64,000 nucleotides of DNA. Source: Octopus vulgaris (lineage: Eukaryota). A program made the position numbers and the translations under genes. Numbering within the stretch: position 1 is the first letter of the stretch; each line of letters begins with the position of its first letter. Shown here piece after piece: positions 38,178 through 51,854 of the stretch. The notes under the pieces were generated by a model. It searched no databases. It was not told where the DNA came from and worked only from the letters and a program-made list of their open reading frames with translations. The stretch spans positions 4,774,001 to 4,838,000 of the forward strand of contig OX597835.1 of assembly GCA_951406725.2 (NCBI GenBank), given 5' to 3'.

Positions 38178-38337
38178 CGTCCCCGTCACTTAGCGGTTCG
38201 GCAAAAGAGACCGATAGAATAAGTACTGGGCTTACAAAAGAATAAGTTCCGGGGTCGAGTTGCTCGATTAAAGGCGGTGCTCCACCATGGCCGCAGTCAA
38301 ATGACTGAAACGAGTAAAAGAGTAAAGAGTAAAGAGT
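38178..38337 (+). mobile_element. SINE family A 3' half
   Basis: CGTCCCCGTCACTTAGCGG...(GTAAAGA)n. Confidence 0.88.
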
Positions 38338-38361
38338 ATATATATATATATATATATATAT

Positions 38362-38767
38362 ACTCGTTTACTATTTTACTTGTTTCAGTCATTTGACTGT
38401 GGCCATGCTGGAGCACCGCCTTTAGTCGAGCAAATCGACCCCGGGACTTATTCTTTGTAAGCCCAGTACTTATTCTATCGGTCTCTTTTGCCGAACCGCT
38501 AAGTGACGGGGACGTAAACACACCAGCATCGGTTGTCAAGCAATGCTAGGGGGACAAACACAGACACACAAACACACACACACATACATATATATATACA
38601 TATATACGACAGGCTTCTTTCAGTTTCTGACTACCAAATCCACTCACAAGGCATTGGTCGGCCCGGGGCTATAGCAGAAGACACTTGCCCAAGATGCCAC
38701 GCAGTGGGACTGAACCCGGAACCATGTGGTTGGTTAGCAAGCTACTTACCACACAGCCACTCCTGCG

Positions 38768-38770
<3 letters not shown>
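38362..38770 (-). mobile_element. SINE family A, full length
   Basis: Reverse complement of family A, tail-to-tail with the preceding copy. Confidence 0.92.
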
Positions 38771-38866
<96 letters not shown>

Positions 38867-39075
38867 TTTATGTACTTTAGGCACAATTTTATAGACTTAA
38901 TACGCAGCACTCATAAAATAAATATTCACTCTTATTTTTCTATTTCCCCTATAAACAACAACAAAAATATATCCCGTACATATGATACAATCTTTAGTTA
39001 AATTAAATATCTCTGCCACGTAAATAAGCGTGAATATTTCATGGAATTGTACTTGCGTGCATGCGTTAAGTGATA

Positions 39076-39647
<572 letters not shown>

Positions 39648-39979
39648 CAGGTTTGATTTCGATATAACACAAATATCACATTGAAATTTTGCAGTTCGAC
39701 ATGAATTGTATTGGCATTATCTTGCTTGAACTCGCACACCTCGTTATAATTTCTGTAAAATTTTTATTCTATTATCTTTTTGCACGCTCTATTCAGCTCT
39801 GTCTATTTTTTAGCCAGTCACTTACGCACACATGTGTCTTTGTATGTACGTTTGTATGCATTTATTGTGTGTGTGTGAGTGAGAGTGAGAGAGAGAGAGC
39901 TGTCAAACTGGCACTCACTCACACGCACACACACACACATGTCCATTCCATCTGATGTTTGATACTACATGAATATGTA

Positions 39980-40024
<45 letters not shown>

Positions 40025-40284
40025 GTGTGGCGTTCCACAATCGCCAGAAAAAAAAAAGCAGAGGAATTTTCTTTCTTGATGCTTCTGGTGGCACAGGTAA
40101 AGCATACAATACTGTGAAGTTGTTTTTACAGTTCCTTGACCATGCTTGATGAAAAGTGACCTTGGCCCAGGTGATCTCAAAATTAAAACATTAACGGCAC
40201 ATTCAAAATACTAATTTTCATGAGAAACAGTAAACAGTTCGACAAAACATATCTCTCATCTAGTTCGCAATGATAATGAAATAA

Positions 40285-40542
40285 ATAAATGCACCTTTTT
40301 AAAGCCTAGCCAGGCTCATGGGCCCGGTTTCCCGGTTTCTATGGCGCATGTGTTCCCTAGCCGGACGAGACGGGACGCCAGTCCATCGCAGCGTTAGTCA
40401 TTTTTGCCAGCTGAGTGGACTGGAGCAACGTGAAATGAAGTGTTTTGCTCAAGAGCACAACGCATCGCCCGGTCCAGGAATCGAAACCGCAATCTTACGA
40501 TCATGATGCTGATACCCTAACCACTAAGCCGCGCGCCTCCAC
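40285..40542 (-). mobile_element. SINE, head C + tail E, with TSD
   Basis: TSD AGTTCGCAATGAT at 40262-40274 and 40543-40555; tail GCGATGGACTGG...AAACCGGGCCCA shared with 56597-56910. Confidence 0.88.
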
Positions 40543-40823
40543 AGTTCGCAATGATTGTCACTCTAAATTCAGAAGAGCGTGGGCACATCTGCAGACAAAT
40601 TTCGCAAATATGAGACACATATAGTGTCAAGGAAGAGGAAAATATGTTGTTTTTTAACATCTAACTCTACAAAGGACATTTTTTCTTTGGTCCTTATCAT
40701 GACACCTGAAACTAGTTACGTTGAAAATTGTGATAGTCGCTCAAGTTTGATACATTTTATTTACTGAAGATACTTAAATCATGATTATTTTTTTCACTTT
40801 TGCAGTTGTATTTATTTGATATG

Positions 40824-41209
40824 GTGGAGGCGCAATGGCCCAGTGGTTAGGGCAGCGGACTCGCGGTCATAGGATCGCGGTTTCGATTCCCAGACCGGGC
40901 GTTGTGAGTGTTTATTGAGCGAAAACACCTAAAAGCTCCACGAGGCTCCGGCAGGGGATGGTGGTGATCCCTGCTGTACTCTTTCACCACAACTTTCTCT
41001 CACTCTTACTTCCTGTTTCTGTTGTACCTGTATTTCAAAAGGCCGGCCTTGTCACTCTCTGTGTCACGCTGAATATCCCTGAGAACTACGTTAAGGGTAC
41101 ACGTGTCTGTGGAGTGCTCAGCCACTTACACGTTAATTTCACGAGCAGGCTGTTCCGTTGATTCGGATCAACCGGAACCCTCATCGTCGTAACCGACGGA
41201 GTGCTTCCA
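40824..41209 (+). mobile_element. SINE family B (head B + tail B), with TSD
   Basis: GTGGAGGCGCAATGGCCCAGTGG...GGTTTCGATTCCC head; TSD ATTTGATATG. Confidence 0.93.
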
Positions 41210-41487
41210 TTTGATATGATATTGAAAGACTACGTTTTCAAAGTTACGTCAAGCTCCATACATGGGTTCGAATTTGATGAAGTCAAATCAATCATTAGAA
41301 ATGGTGACAATACCAGAAATGTTGAAAAATGGACATCTGAGTTTGTGAAAAATCTTGACGTGATTGAGCAAAATGAATTTCGTTTTTGAAATCAGCACCC
41401 CAGAATTCGTAAGAAACATATCTCCAACATCATGCAACAAAGACCCCATTCCCCAGTGCAATAGATGTGGTATGAAACAAGCAATCT

Positions 41488-41876
41488 GGAAGCACTCCGT
41501 CGGTTACGACGACGAGGGTTCCGGTTGATCCGATCAACGGAAAAGCCTGCTCGTGAAATTAACGTGTAAGTGGCTGAGCACTCCACAGGCACGTGTACCC
41601 TTAACGTAGTTCTCGGGGATATTCAGCGTGACAAAGAGAGTGACAAGGTCGGCCCTTTGAAATACAGGTACAACAGAAACAGGAAGTAAGAGTGAAAGTT
41701 GTGGTGAAAGAGTACAGCAGGGATCACCACCATCCCCTGCCGGAGCTTCGTGGAGCTTCGTGGAGCTTTAGGTGTTTTCGCTCAATAAACACTCACAACG
41801 CCCGGTCTGGGAATCGAAACCGCGATCCTACGACCGCGAGTCCGCTGCCCTAACCACTGGGCCATTGCGCCTCCAC
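41488..41876 (-). mobile_element. SINE family B, with TSD
   Basis: TSD GAAACAAGCAATCT at 41474-41487 and 41877-41890. Confidence 0.93.
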
Positions 41877-42233
41877 GAAACAAGCAATCTAAGAATGAGA
41901 AGAAAAGAAAATATAAAATGTCTAAAAGACATCATTTAGTCTGAATCATTACATTCTGAGTTCAAAACTCGCCGAGGTAAATATTCTCTTTAATTCTTCC
42001 GAATCGAAAAAATATCCAGGTAGATCTGACACGTTGTATCTATGTCATAAATGATAATCAAATAGGTGCGCAGTCGTGTTTGTGTGGTAAGAAGCTCAAT
42101 TACCAACCATATGGATTCGGGTTCGGTTCATGTGTCTTCAATTTAAAACAAAAGTAAATCAATTAAAACTTTTTACAGAAATTAACGAACAAAATCAGCT
42201 CTTCATTTTCACATTTCTGAGACAACAACCGAA

Positions 42234-42590
42234 GTGGAGGCGCAATGGCCCAGTGGTTAGGGAAGCGGACTCGCGGTTTCGATTCCCAGACCGGGCGTTG
42301 AGCGAAAACACCTAAAGCTCCACGAGGCTCCGGCAGGGGGTGGTGGTGACCCCTGTTGTACTCTTTCGCTCCAACTTTCTCTCACTCTTTCTTCCTCTTT
42401 CTTGTCCCCGACTTCCTACGCAACCGCTAAGCCTGGATGCGCATTCAGCCATCCGTCGATGCTCTCGGTGTCGGGGGTTGACCTGCTTTCTCTTCTGCGG
42501 GTCTTACGAATAGCAAAGGACCACGTTTCGGACTTCTCATATCTTGCGAGCTCTGGGACGAAAACCGTTCGCTCAATAGCAACAGCAGCG
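42234..42590 (+). mobile_element. SINE, head B + tail G
   Basis: Head B then TTGTCCCCGACTTCCTACGCAACCGCT...CTGGGACGAA; second copy at 60196-60570. Confidence 0.88.
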
Positions 42591-43601
42591 ATTACATAGA
42601 TATTTGAAGACATACAGTGTATCAAATAACCATAGCAACAAATTCACTTGATAATTCTTAGATAACAATGAAAAAGAAATAAATCACGTGTGTGTGAGAG
42701 AAACACAGAGAGAGAGGGTGAGAGAGAACATTGCAAACCATGAAGGAAATAAACATGAAATGAAAAAAATCGTATAGTTAAAAGCTCGTTTAAAACTATC
42801 TTGTACCTAATATTTAAGTTTGTGACTTGAAATATTCAATAATAAAAAGAAGTTCAGAAAGTAAATTTTACTGAAAACTTCAATTTATAAAAATTCTCTC
42901 TTGCTTAATAAATATTTCTTTCAGTAATTTATCGTAGTTTTAATAAATCTCTAATTTAAACAAACGTCAAGGTAACCCAACTACGTTTAGTGTGCAAGGC
43001 ATAGCAGCGATCACATAGTTATTGTGGTAAGGCTTATAGCGTTCCAGACAGCCATGCCAACAAAATCAAAAGATTTTCATTTTATCAAAAATATTCATTT
43101 AACAAACTCCTGAAACATACTATTCTTGAAATTGTACCTCGTATCAAAGTTATGCAGCTATTTAGTCTAATAGCATTCATTCATTTAATAGATGATTTTT
43201 TAAAAAAAATTACGTAAGTAGAATAAATTGTGGGTTTTTCAAATAGCGAATTAAAACTTGAAATGAAAACACTGAAATGAATATATGTTAAATTATCATT
43301 AATGAAAATAGAAGCGAGTGAAGAGAGTGAGAGACTGCTGCAGATGAAAACGGAAATTTTCACCTGCAACGAATTAATATTAAACATTAAAATCTACCCT
43401 GCAGTAAGTACAACGAATATTTAAATTTGTGAAAAACTTGTGGTTCAAATATTCAATAAACTTCAGAAATCGAACTTACAGGAAAAATCTTGGAACATGA
43501 ATTTATAAATAAATAAAAAATCCTGGCGGTCAAGCCTTTAATAATTGATTTCTTTTATCAACTGTTACATATTTAATTAACAAGCAGCTTTCTCCATTAT
43601 A

Positions 43602-43642
<41 letters not shown>

Positions 43643-43645
<3 letters not shown>

Positions 43646-43753
43646 ACGCGTGTCTGTGGATTGCTCAGTCACTTGCACGTTAATTTCACGAGCAGACTGT
43701 TCCGCTGATCGTATCAGCTGGGACCCTCGTCGTCGTAACCGACGGAGTGCTCC
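43643..43753 (+). mobile_element. SINE tail B fragment
   Basis: ACGCGTGTCTGTGG...CGTAACCGACGGAGTGCTCC. Confidence 0.8.
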
Positions 43754-43773
43754 TATATATAGATAATACATAT

Positions 43774-43972
43774 TGTATGTATGTATGTATGTATGTATGT
43801 ATGTATGTATGTATGTATGTATGTATGTATGTATGTATGTATGTATGTATGTATGTATGTATGTATGTATGTATGTATGTATGTATGTATGTATGTATGT
43901 ATGTACGTACGTACGTACGTACGTACGTACGTACGTACGTATGTATGTATGTATGTATATATGTATGTATGT
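43774..43972. repeat. (GTAT)n with an internal (GTAC)n block
   Basis: Direct reading. Confidence 0.98.
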
Positions 43973-44840
43973 AATTTGCAAATATTTTCATAGCAGTACT
44001 GTGTTTAGAATCCATGAGTATCTTCGGTGAGAAAGGATAACCATGACAGATAAGAGAGCAATCGAATTCAACAAGTCTTACAATAACCTACGCCTACAGA
44101 AGACATTTTAAGTATGCACGTACGCAATATATATATATATATAAACTATATATAAGAACAATTGCGAATTACTGCGAATTTCGTTTTCGTAAATATATAC
44201 ATGCGTATTTTTTCTATTACCCTATAGCCAAACGCAGTTGTATAGAAATTTTATTGAAAATTAAACAAATGCTTTTTACGATTTGTGAGTAGGCAGGGTC
44301 AAACACGCAAGAGTATAAAAATATTCTGTCGAGTCATTCACGCAGAAATTTTAACATTCGATTTACGATTGTTTGCTTGACAAACAAAATATATGTTTAG
44401 TCGTACGAAATTTAACAAATGACCGTGAGTGGGCAGAGGAAATCCCCAATGATTAATCTCCTTTCTCACGCTTCTTTACCTCTTGTCAATATAGCCTTAT
44501 TAAAACAGATACCAGAATTGTCATAGAGAATCAAGAAAATAGAATATAATCACTTTTAGTATAGCACTAGAGATCTACTGTTTTTCATATTGAGTTAAGT
44601 AGGTGAGAGAAAGATTTCCCGCCGGATAGAGAGCTAAGCTTTTCAATAGAAAAGAAAAATTAAACAATATGAGATATAATCGACTGGCCCTCTTCCCCTT
44701 GGGATATGTAATACACTGCCTAAATATCAATCTTGAGAAATTAGACTTCTCAAAACCAGAAAGGAGAACTGTAAAAATCTGTAAAACTTTCCAGAAGTTT
44801 ATCATTTAAATATATATGAGCATGTCTAGCTATGTAACTA

Positions 44841-46111
44841 CGAGGGGCGTTCAATAAGTAATGCCCCTGACCCACTTCCCATAGTAGTAGAGCAACGAAA
44901 CTTGGCACAGTTATTAGTCTTTTTCTACATAGGAACCACCCAGAGTTACGCATTTCTCCCATCGTTTGATGCAGCTCTGGAGACCGTTTTTGTAGAAGAC
45001 CCCAGCTTGGTCCTCCAACCACGACGTGACTTCAGAAATCAAGGCTGCATCATCTGGGAAACGCTTTCCTTTCAAAAACAACTTCATGGCTGGGAAGAGG
45101 TGAAAATCAGAGGGTGCAAGGTCAGGAGAGTAGGGGTATGGGGGAGGAGTTCATAGCCGCATGCCTGTACTTCTGATCTAGCGACACGCGAGTTGTGGAC
45201 CGGAGCGCTATCCTGCAGGAGGAGGATGCCTTTGCTGATCTTGCCCCGCCTCTTGATTTTCATAGCTTCTCTTAATTTCCTCAAAAGTGAAACATAATAG
45301 GCTCCTGTAATTGTGGTACCCTTTGCCAGGAAATCTGTCATCACTACTCCGTCCTGGTCCCAGATGACTGTGAGCATGACCTTGCCAGAGGAGGGCTACA
45401 CCCTTGCCTTCTTTGGAGGAGGTGAGTCACGGTGCTTCCACTGCATTGACTGGGCTTTGGTCTCTGGATCATAGTGATGGACCCAGGTTTCATCCTGTGT
45501 AATCAGTCTTTTGAAAAATTTTGACTCATCTTCTTGGCACATCTCCAAATTCATCCTCGAGCACTCGACGCGTTCTTTCTTCTGGAAAGGTGTGAGCAAC
45601 CTGGGAATCCATCTGGCAGACACCTTTTGCATATGCAAATGGTCATGTATGATAGTTTCCCCAGACCCGGTACTAATCTTGACCTCATGGGCTATTTGGC
45701 GAATAGTTATGCGTTGATCTTCCAAAATGGCAGCCCTCAACTTGACTGAAGGGGGGCGACCAGATCTGGGAGCTGTTTCCACAGAGTTCCGACTATGTTT
45801 GAATTCACGATGCCAGCGTTTTACAAGGTCATATGATGGGGCATCATCACCATAAGTTACTTTTATTTCATCAAAAGTCTCCCGTGGTGTGCGTCCTTTC
45901 AAATATAAAAACCGGATCACTGCTCAACACTCAACAGGCTCCATTTCACACCTGACTCAGTTCAAACACCTGTCAATCAGAAACCTCAATTAGTTCAGAG
46001 CTGTAATTTGCCACTGAATCTATAGAGATATAAATAACTGCACATGCAAAATTTCAGCTAGATCAAACAACTGCAAGTGGGTCAGGGGCATTACTTATTG
46101 AACGTCCCTCG
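44841..46111 (-). mobile_element. Full-length mariner DNA transposon, transposase disrupted
   Basis: TIRs CGAGGGGCGTTCAATAAGTAATGCCCCTGACCCACTT at both ends with TA duplication; ORF pieces with WIPRLL, ITQDETWVHHYDPE, LLQDSAPVH; a stop near 45396 and a later frameshift. Confidence 0.96.
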
Positions 46112-47290
46112 TATATGCATTGGAATACATACATATAGCATACAAATCTGCACATACATACATATATAGACATACATGCATACATACATACAAACAAAAA
46201 TACCCTGTTGTTGATGTTGAAATTCCAACGAAGGAACCTTGGATCTAGGTTAGAAACCGGTTCTTTCTCTATTGGCAAGAAATCTTGAAATAAAACTGAA
46301 TAGCGACATACATACATTGTGCGTGTGTGTTTTTCTATTCAAGTCAAGTACATGAAAGTCATACAACTGTTTCGGCCGCCGTTTTCCACATCAGAAATCA
46401 GAATTTCAAGGAAGCACCCTGTCCCTTCCTCTCAGCCATGGTAAAAAAATCGACGGAAAGGAGAGAATCATTGTCAAACAAAAATGTGCCACGTAGTAAT
46501 ACGACTTCGCCAGAGGACACCGGGCGGCAGACTAATGCCTACGGGTCTCATCAAGTGGTTTCTAGCGGCGGAAGCTTGAACTAACACGGGCTTGTCCCAC
46601 AGTCTTCGGTTAGTTTTGGGTACCTCCTCATATATATCAATATCAATATTAAGGCGTGTGCACAAGGCGACGAACTGGCAGATTCGTTACCGCGGCAAGC
46701 AACATTCGTCTTTACATTCAAATTCCGCTGAGGTCGAATTTGCCTTTCATCCTTTTTGGGCTGATAAAATAAATATCACTTGAATACTGAGTTCGATGTA
46801 ATCGAATTACACTCTCAATTGATGGCTTCGTGCCAAAATTTCAAATCAATACTAATGTGTGTGTTTGTGTTAAGTTTTTACTGCATTTTTAACTCTGTGA
46901 AAAAAAAATTACTTCAGTACCTTACAAAACAAATTATATCAGCTAAGCAAATGACCTTCTCTAAACGCATTAAAAACATTACAGCATGATCTGATCACTA
47001 CTTCAGAAAATTATCGCCGTTCTCTTTGAGCATATAAAAGACAAATTTATCTGGGGCAAAATGAGTCAGACAAGATAGGGTAAATTTGCATCTTTTATTC
47101 TCCAGAATTATGTTTGAAAACAAGGCTCATACACATCAGTATCCATCCTTAGATATCATGGAGATCAGAAATTCAACAAAAATTTTTTGTGTTTTTTATC
47201 AAATGAAAGAGGACCAGGGGAAAATGGCACATGGTATGAAATTAACAAAACTCGATTAAATAAAAAAAAACCTTAACTTTAAATGTTCTC

Positions 47291-47686
47291 GTGGTAAGTA
47301 GCTTGCTAACCAACCCATGGTTCCGGGTTCAGTCCCACTGCGTGGCATCTTGGGCAAGTGTCTTCTGCTATAGCCCCGGGCCGACCAATGCCTTGTGAGT
47401 GGATTTGGTAGACGGAAACTGAAAGAAGCCTGTCGTATATATGTATATATATATATATATGTATGTGTGTGTATGTGTGTGTGTTTGTCCCCCTAGCATT
47501 GCTTGACAACCGATGCTGGTGTGTTTACGTCCTCGTCACTTAGCGGTTCGGCAAAAGAGACCGATAGAATAAGTACTGGGCTTACAAAGAATAAGTCCCG
47601 GGGTCGAGTTGCTCGACTAAAGGCAGTGCTCCAGCATGGCCGCAGTCAAATGGCTGAAACAAGTAAAAGAGTAAAAGAGTAAGAGT
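47291..47686 (+). mobile_element. SINE family A
   Basis: Family A sequence, slightly 5' truncated. Confidence 0.92.
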
Positions 47687-48612
47687 ATAGCTTCTTCACG
47701 ATCTGCTTGAGTGTTTCTCTTTGTAATATAATTTACACAACATGCATTTAAAGAAACCAAATTAGCTGAAATTAGACAGTACTCATTTTACCCCATTTTA
47801 GACATCATTTTTTTGAAACTTTTTGAAAATTATCAAATTAGACATTGGTGTGAGAAAAGTTTTACTTGGAATCCAACAGAGGAAAGAATATTGATTGTTA
47901 AACACCAACAATATCCAGATATTTTATTAGCTACCTCAATTACAATTGGGTCAAAGCTGAGGAGAAATTTCTTGAAAGAAAAGTACCTGTCACCTGATTA
48001 TGTTCCAAAATCTCTTAACTTCAACAACAACTATGCTGACCAAATTTTACGCCTAAACATGATGCAACAGTATAAAATGGCAATATTAACAATGCCATGA
48101 TTCCAAACAGGTAGAGAGAGAAAAGAGAGAAATCAGAAACTGCTAATTTTAACCTGGTTACTAATTTTGCCCGCCCACCACTATAATTATGTTTAAAACT
48201 TTGAAAGCTGTATTATTCCCTTTTCTTTGTATGCCATATCAACAGGCGACAGCGATTATAGACCTTCAACTATCTTTGTCTCCCTGCACAACAGTTTAGT
48301 AGGTCGACCTTTCCGCAGTTAACTGGGAATGTCATTGAGTATTTTCTCTTTCAATCTTCCCCAGCATATTCTTCCTTTCATTTTACCAGTTGTCTCCAAG
48401 TGTTAAAACTTTAGTCTTCTTATATGATACCCAAGAAATTCAGTTTCCTTCTTTATGCTTTTAGGAAGTTTTCTCCTTGTGTGGAGCTGAAATCATTAGA
48501 AATTGTTACTCTGTCTGTATAGGACATCTTCAACATACCTCCATGGAACCATATCTTTGTAGCATTGTGAAAAATAAAGTGTTAAAGGTAGAATCGTTAG
48601 AATTGGGTTGAT

Positions 48613-48815
48613 CGTTAGTAAGGAGAGACACTCAAATAGGAAAGAAGAAATCAAAGGACCATTGATGAGGTCATAGAAGTGTGACGAAAGAACTATGGCC
48701 GAAATAAGATTAATGTAGAAAATAAAATAAAGCTGAAGCAAATTAACACCAAATATTTATTGCGTGTGTTTTTATTTGCTAAACTGGCAACATGACCATC
48801 CCTAAATACGACAAA
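48613..48815 (+). mobile_element. Second copy of the hammerhead-bearing repeat (motif 48656-48700)
   Basis: Homologous to 30828-31032. Confidence 0.65.
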
Positions 48816-49089
48816 TAAATTTTTTTATGAATTTAATTACATTCCTTTGCGTTCTCAGTTCAAATCCTTTCAGACCTGACTTTATCTTATCAGGCCACCG
48901 TAAAACTATAACAGACACTTTCCTCTCCACTTGCTTCAAATATGTAGCCTTACTTTTACGATAGTTAATTAAATGATACTGTTTGTCTCTGTTTTCTTCA
49001 TAGGTACTTATCTGGCGTATATTGTGGGTACTGTACGTCTAGCAATGTAGCAAAACTTATCATTATACAGTCTATTGTATATGGTGTGG

Positions 49090-49456
49090 TAGCACTCCGT
49101 CGGTTACGACGACGAGGGTTCCGGTTGATCCGAATCAACGGAACAACCTGCTCGTGAAATTAACGTGTAAGTGGCTGAGCACTCCACAGACACGTGCACC
49201 CTTAACGTAGTTCTCGGGGATATTCAGCGTGACACAGAGAGTGACAAGGCCGGCCCCTTGAAATACAGGTACAACAGAAACAGGAAGTAAGAGTGAGAGA
49301 AAGTTGTGGTGAAAGAGTACAGCAGGGATCACCACCATCCCCTGCCGGAGCCTCGTGGAGCTTTTAGGTGTTTTCGCTCAATAAACACTCACAACGCCCG
49401 GTCTGGGAATCGAAACCGCGATCCTATGACCGCGAGTCCGCTGCCCTAACCACTGG
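49090..49456 (-). mobile_element. SINE family B, with TSD
   Basis: TSD AGTCTATTGTATA at 49069-49081 and 49457-49469. Confidence 0.92.
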
Positions 49457-49890
49457 AGTCTATTGTATAATTGTATTGGAAAACTAATTTCCTTCCATTT
49501 CCTGTTATGAAATCTTGTGGTATTCGTTCTGAGACTGCACTGCACATTCCTACAGCTAATTGTATGGTGATATGGCACTCGACGGATAACTGACTAATGG
49601 GAAAGTGACACTGGTGTCGCCTGGGCTGTGCCGCGGCTACGGGCTGCACAGGTCGGCTACTTTATACATGAGTGTTTGCTGCTGTCGAAGGCATATTACG
49701 GTTAAGGAAGGGAGTTCAATCCAAGCGTTACACCACTGGAAGGGGATAGCAATAAGAACTGATGGTTGAGAGACATTCTAATGGCAACCGTCCTATGTTC
49801 GCTTAAATGGTAACAAGATGTATGTAGGAAATTCTTTCAAAATTCATTAAGTGAAACCAATTGTCTTTGTGATAATCCTATTTCATTATC

Positions 49891-50280
49891 GTGGAGGCGC
49901 AATGGCCCAGTGGTTAGGGCAGCGGACTCGCAGTCGTAGGATCGCGGTTTCGATTCCCAGACCGGGCGTTGTGAGTGTTTATTGAGCGAAAGCACCTAAA
50001 GCTCCACAAGGCTCCTGCAGGGATGGTGGTGATCCCTGCTGTACTCTTTCACCACAACTTTCTCTCACTCTCACTCTTACTTCCTGTTTCTGTTGTACCT
50101 GTATTTTCAAAGGGCCAGCCTTGTCACTCTCTGTGTCACGCTGAATATCCCCGAGAACTACGTTAAGGGTACACGTGTCTGTGGAGTGCTCAGTCACTTA
50201 CACGTTAATTTCACGAGCAGGCTGTTCCGTTGATCGGATCAACCGGAACCCTCATCGTCGTAACCGACGGAGTGCTTCCA
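49891..50280 (+). mobile_element. SINE family B, with TSD
   Basis: TSD ATTTCATTATC. Confidence 0.93.
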
Positions 50281-50867
50281 TTTCATTATCATGATTTAAT
50301 CAGGTCATAATTTGTTTTTCGAAGATAATATGTATACAGTTAGAAAAAAATATTTATACTAGACCGAAGTCATAAAGTGCATAAAATTGCTGAAATGTTC
50401 TATAATAGTTTTCGAGCAACACTTGTGATAAGGTTGTCAGTACACCACAGTAATTCAATGCACATTCTGTGACAATATGTATCATATGTCACATGTGTAC
50501 CAACCTTCATTTAATCTTAAAGAATTTCGAGAATAATCTGCATTTAGATCAACTCTGTTTTCAGTTTGAAGGCAATAAAAATAACACCTAGCCCAAATTT
50601 TCTACGTAAACCCACACTAAAAGTTCAGTGAAATATCTGCTGTATGAGTAATAGATTAGTGGACACTAAAGTAAAAGAAACCAAATTAGCAATATAAGTC
50701 ATTAGTCAATAGGACTAATGAGTCTTCCTCATGTTGATTATTGGTTTATGAACCAATTTTTACAGCTGATTGAATGCAAATTTCTTGAAAAGTTCTTATG
50801 AAAACCATATCAAAAGCAAGGATAATCTTAAAGAATATTATTGTTAATTTAATGTTAATTTATATAA

Positions 50868-51455
50868 GTCGACGAGCTGACAGAAACGTTAGGACGCCGG
50901 GCGAAATGCTTAGCAGTATTTCGTCTGTCTTTACGTTCTGAGTTCAAATTCCGCCGAGGTCGGCTTTGCCTTTCATCCTTTCGGGGTCGATAAATTAAGT
51001 ACCACTTGTGTACTGGAGGTCGATCTAATCGACTAAGCCCAAAACTTCTGGCCTTGTGCCTAGAGTAGAAAAGAAACGTTAGGACGCCGGGCGAAATGCT
51101 TAGCAGTATTTCGTCTGTCTTTACGTTCTGAGTTCAAATTCCGCCGAGGTCGGCTTTGCCTTTCATTCTTTCGGGGTCGATAAATTAAGTACCACTTGTG
51201 TACTGGAGGTCGATCTAATCGACTAAGCCCAAAACTTCTGGCCTTGTGCCTAGAGTAGAAAAGAAAGGTTAGCACGCCGGGCGAAATGCTTAGCAGTATT
51301 TCGTCTGTCTTTACGTTCTGAGTTCAAATTCTGCCGAGGTCGACTTTGCCTTTCGGGGTCGATAAATTAAGTACCAGTTGCGTACTGGAGTGGAGCTAAT
51401 CGACCGGCCCCCTTCCCCCAAACTTCTGGCCTTGTGCCTAGAGTAGAAAAGAATG
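50868..51455 (+). repeat. Head-to-tail trimer of SINE family D (~191 bp unit)
   Basis: AGAAA.GTTAG.ACGCCGGGCGAAATGC recurs at about 50882, 51072 and 51262. Confidence 0.92.
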
Positions 51456-51636
51456 TTCATGTATATGTATTTTCTCTATTTATCTATCTGTTATATCATC
51501 AAGAGAAAAGTCATTGAAAAGGTTGGAGATAGCAACGAGCTTTGACAAAAAAACAAAACAACCCCAAACAACAAAAACAAGACAAACGAATTACTGTTTA
51601 GCCAAGTTAGACATATCTAATATATGATGATTAGCT

Positions 51637-51788
51637 ACATTATTTACATTATTTACATTCGACGGATATTTGTCCTCATCTTGTTTGTTGCTAACACAAC
51701 GCTTCGGTTGATATACCCTCCAGCCTTCTTCGGGTGTCTGGGGAAAATTTCGAACCAAGGTTCTCATTCTTAAGGTATTATTTCGATG

Positions 51789-51792
<4 letters not shown>
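51637..51792 (-). mobile_element. Second copy of the hammerhead-bearing tail seen at 14731-14880
   Basis: Minus strand: GACAC CCGAAGA A GGCTG GAGGGTATAT CAACC GAAG CG TT GTGTT (51693-51738), ending in (TGTAAATAA)n. Confidence 0.8.
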
Positions 51793-51828
<36 letters not shown>

Positions 51829-51854
51829 TATTATTATTATTATTATTATTAATA

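Noticed and set aside
46327-46584. 85 aa ORF as a possible host exon
   Set aside because: No recognisable domain and no supporting neighbouring exons; may be the 5' region of a retroelement.
47700-48560. Possible gag-like and RT-like remnants
   Set aside because: Too decayed to assign by eye.
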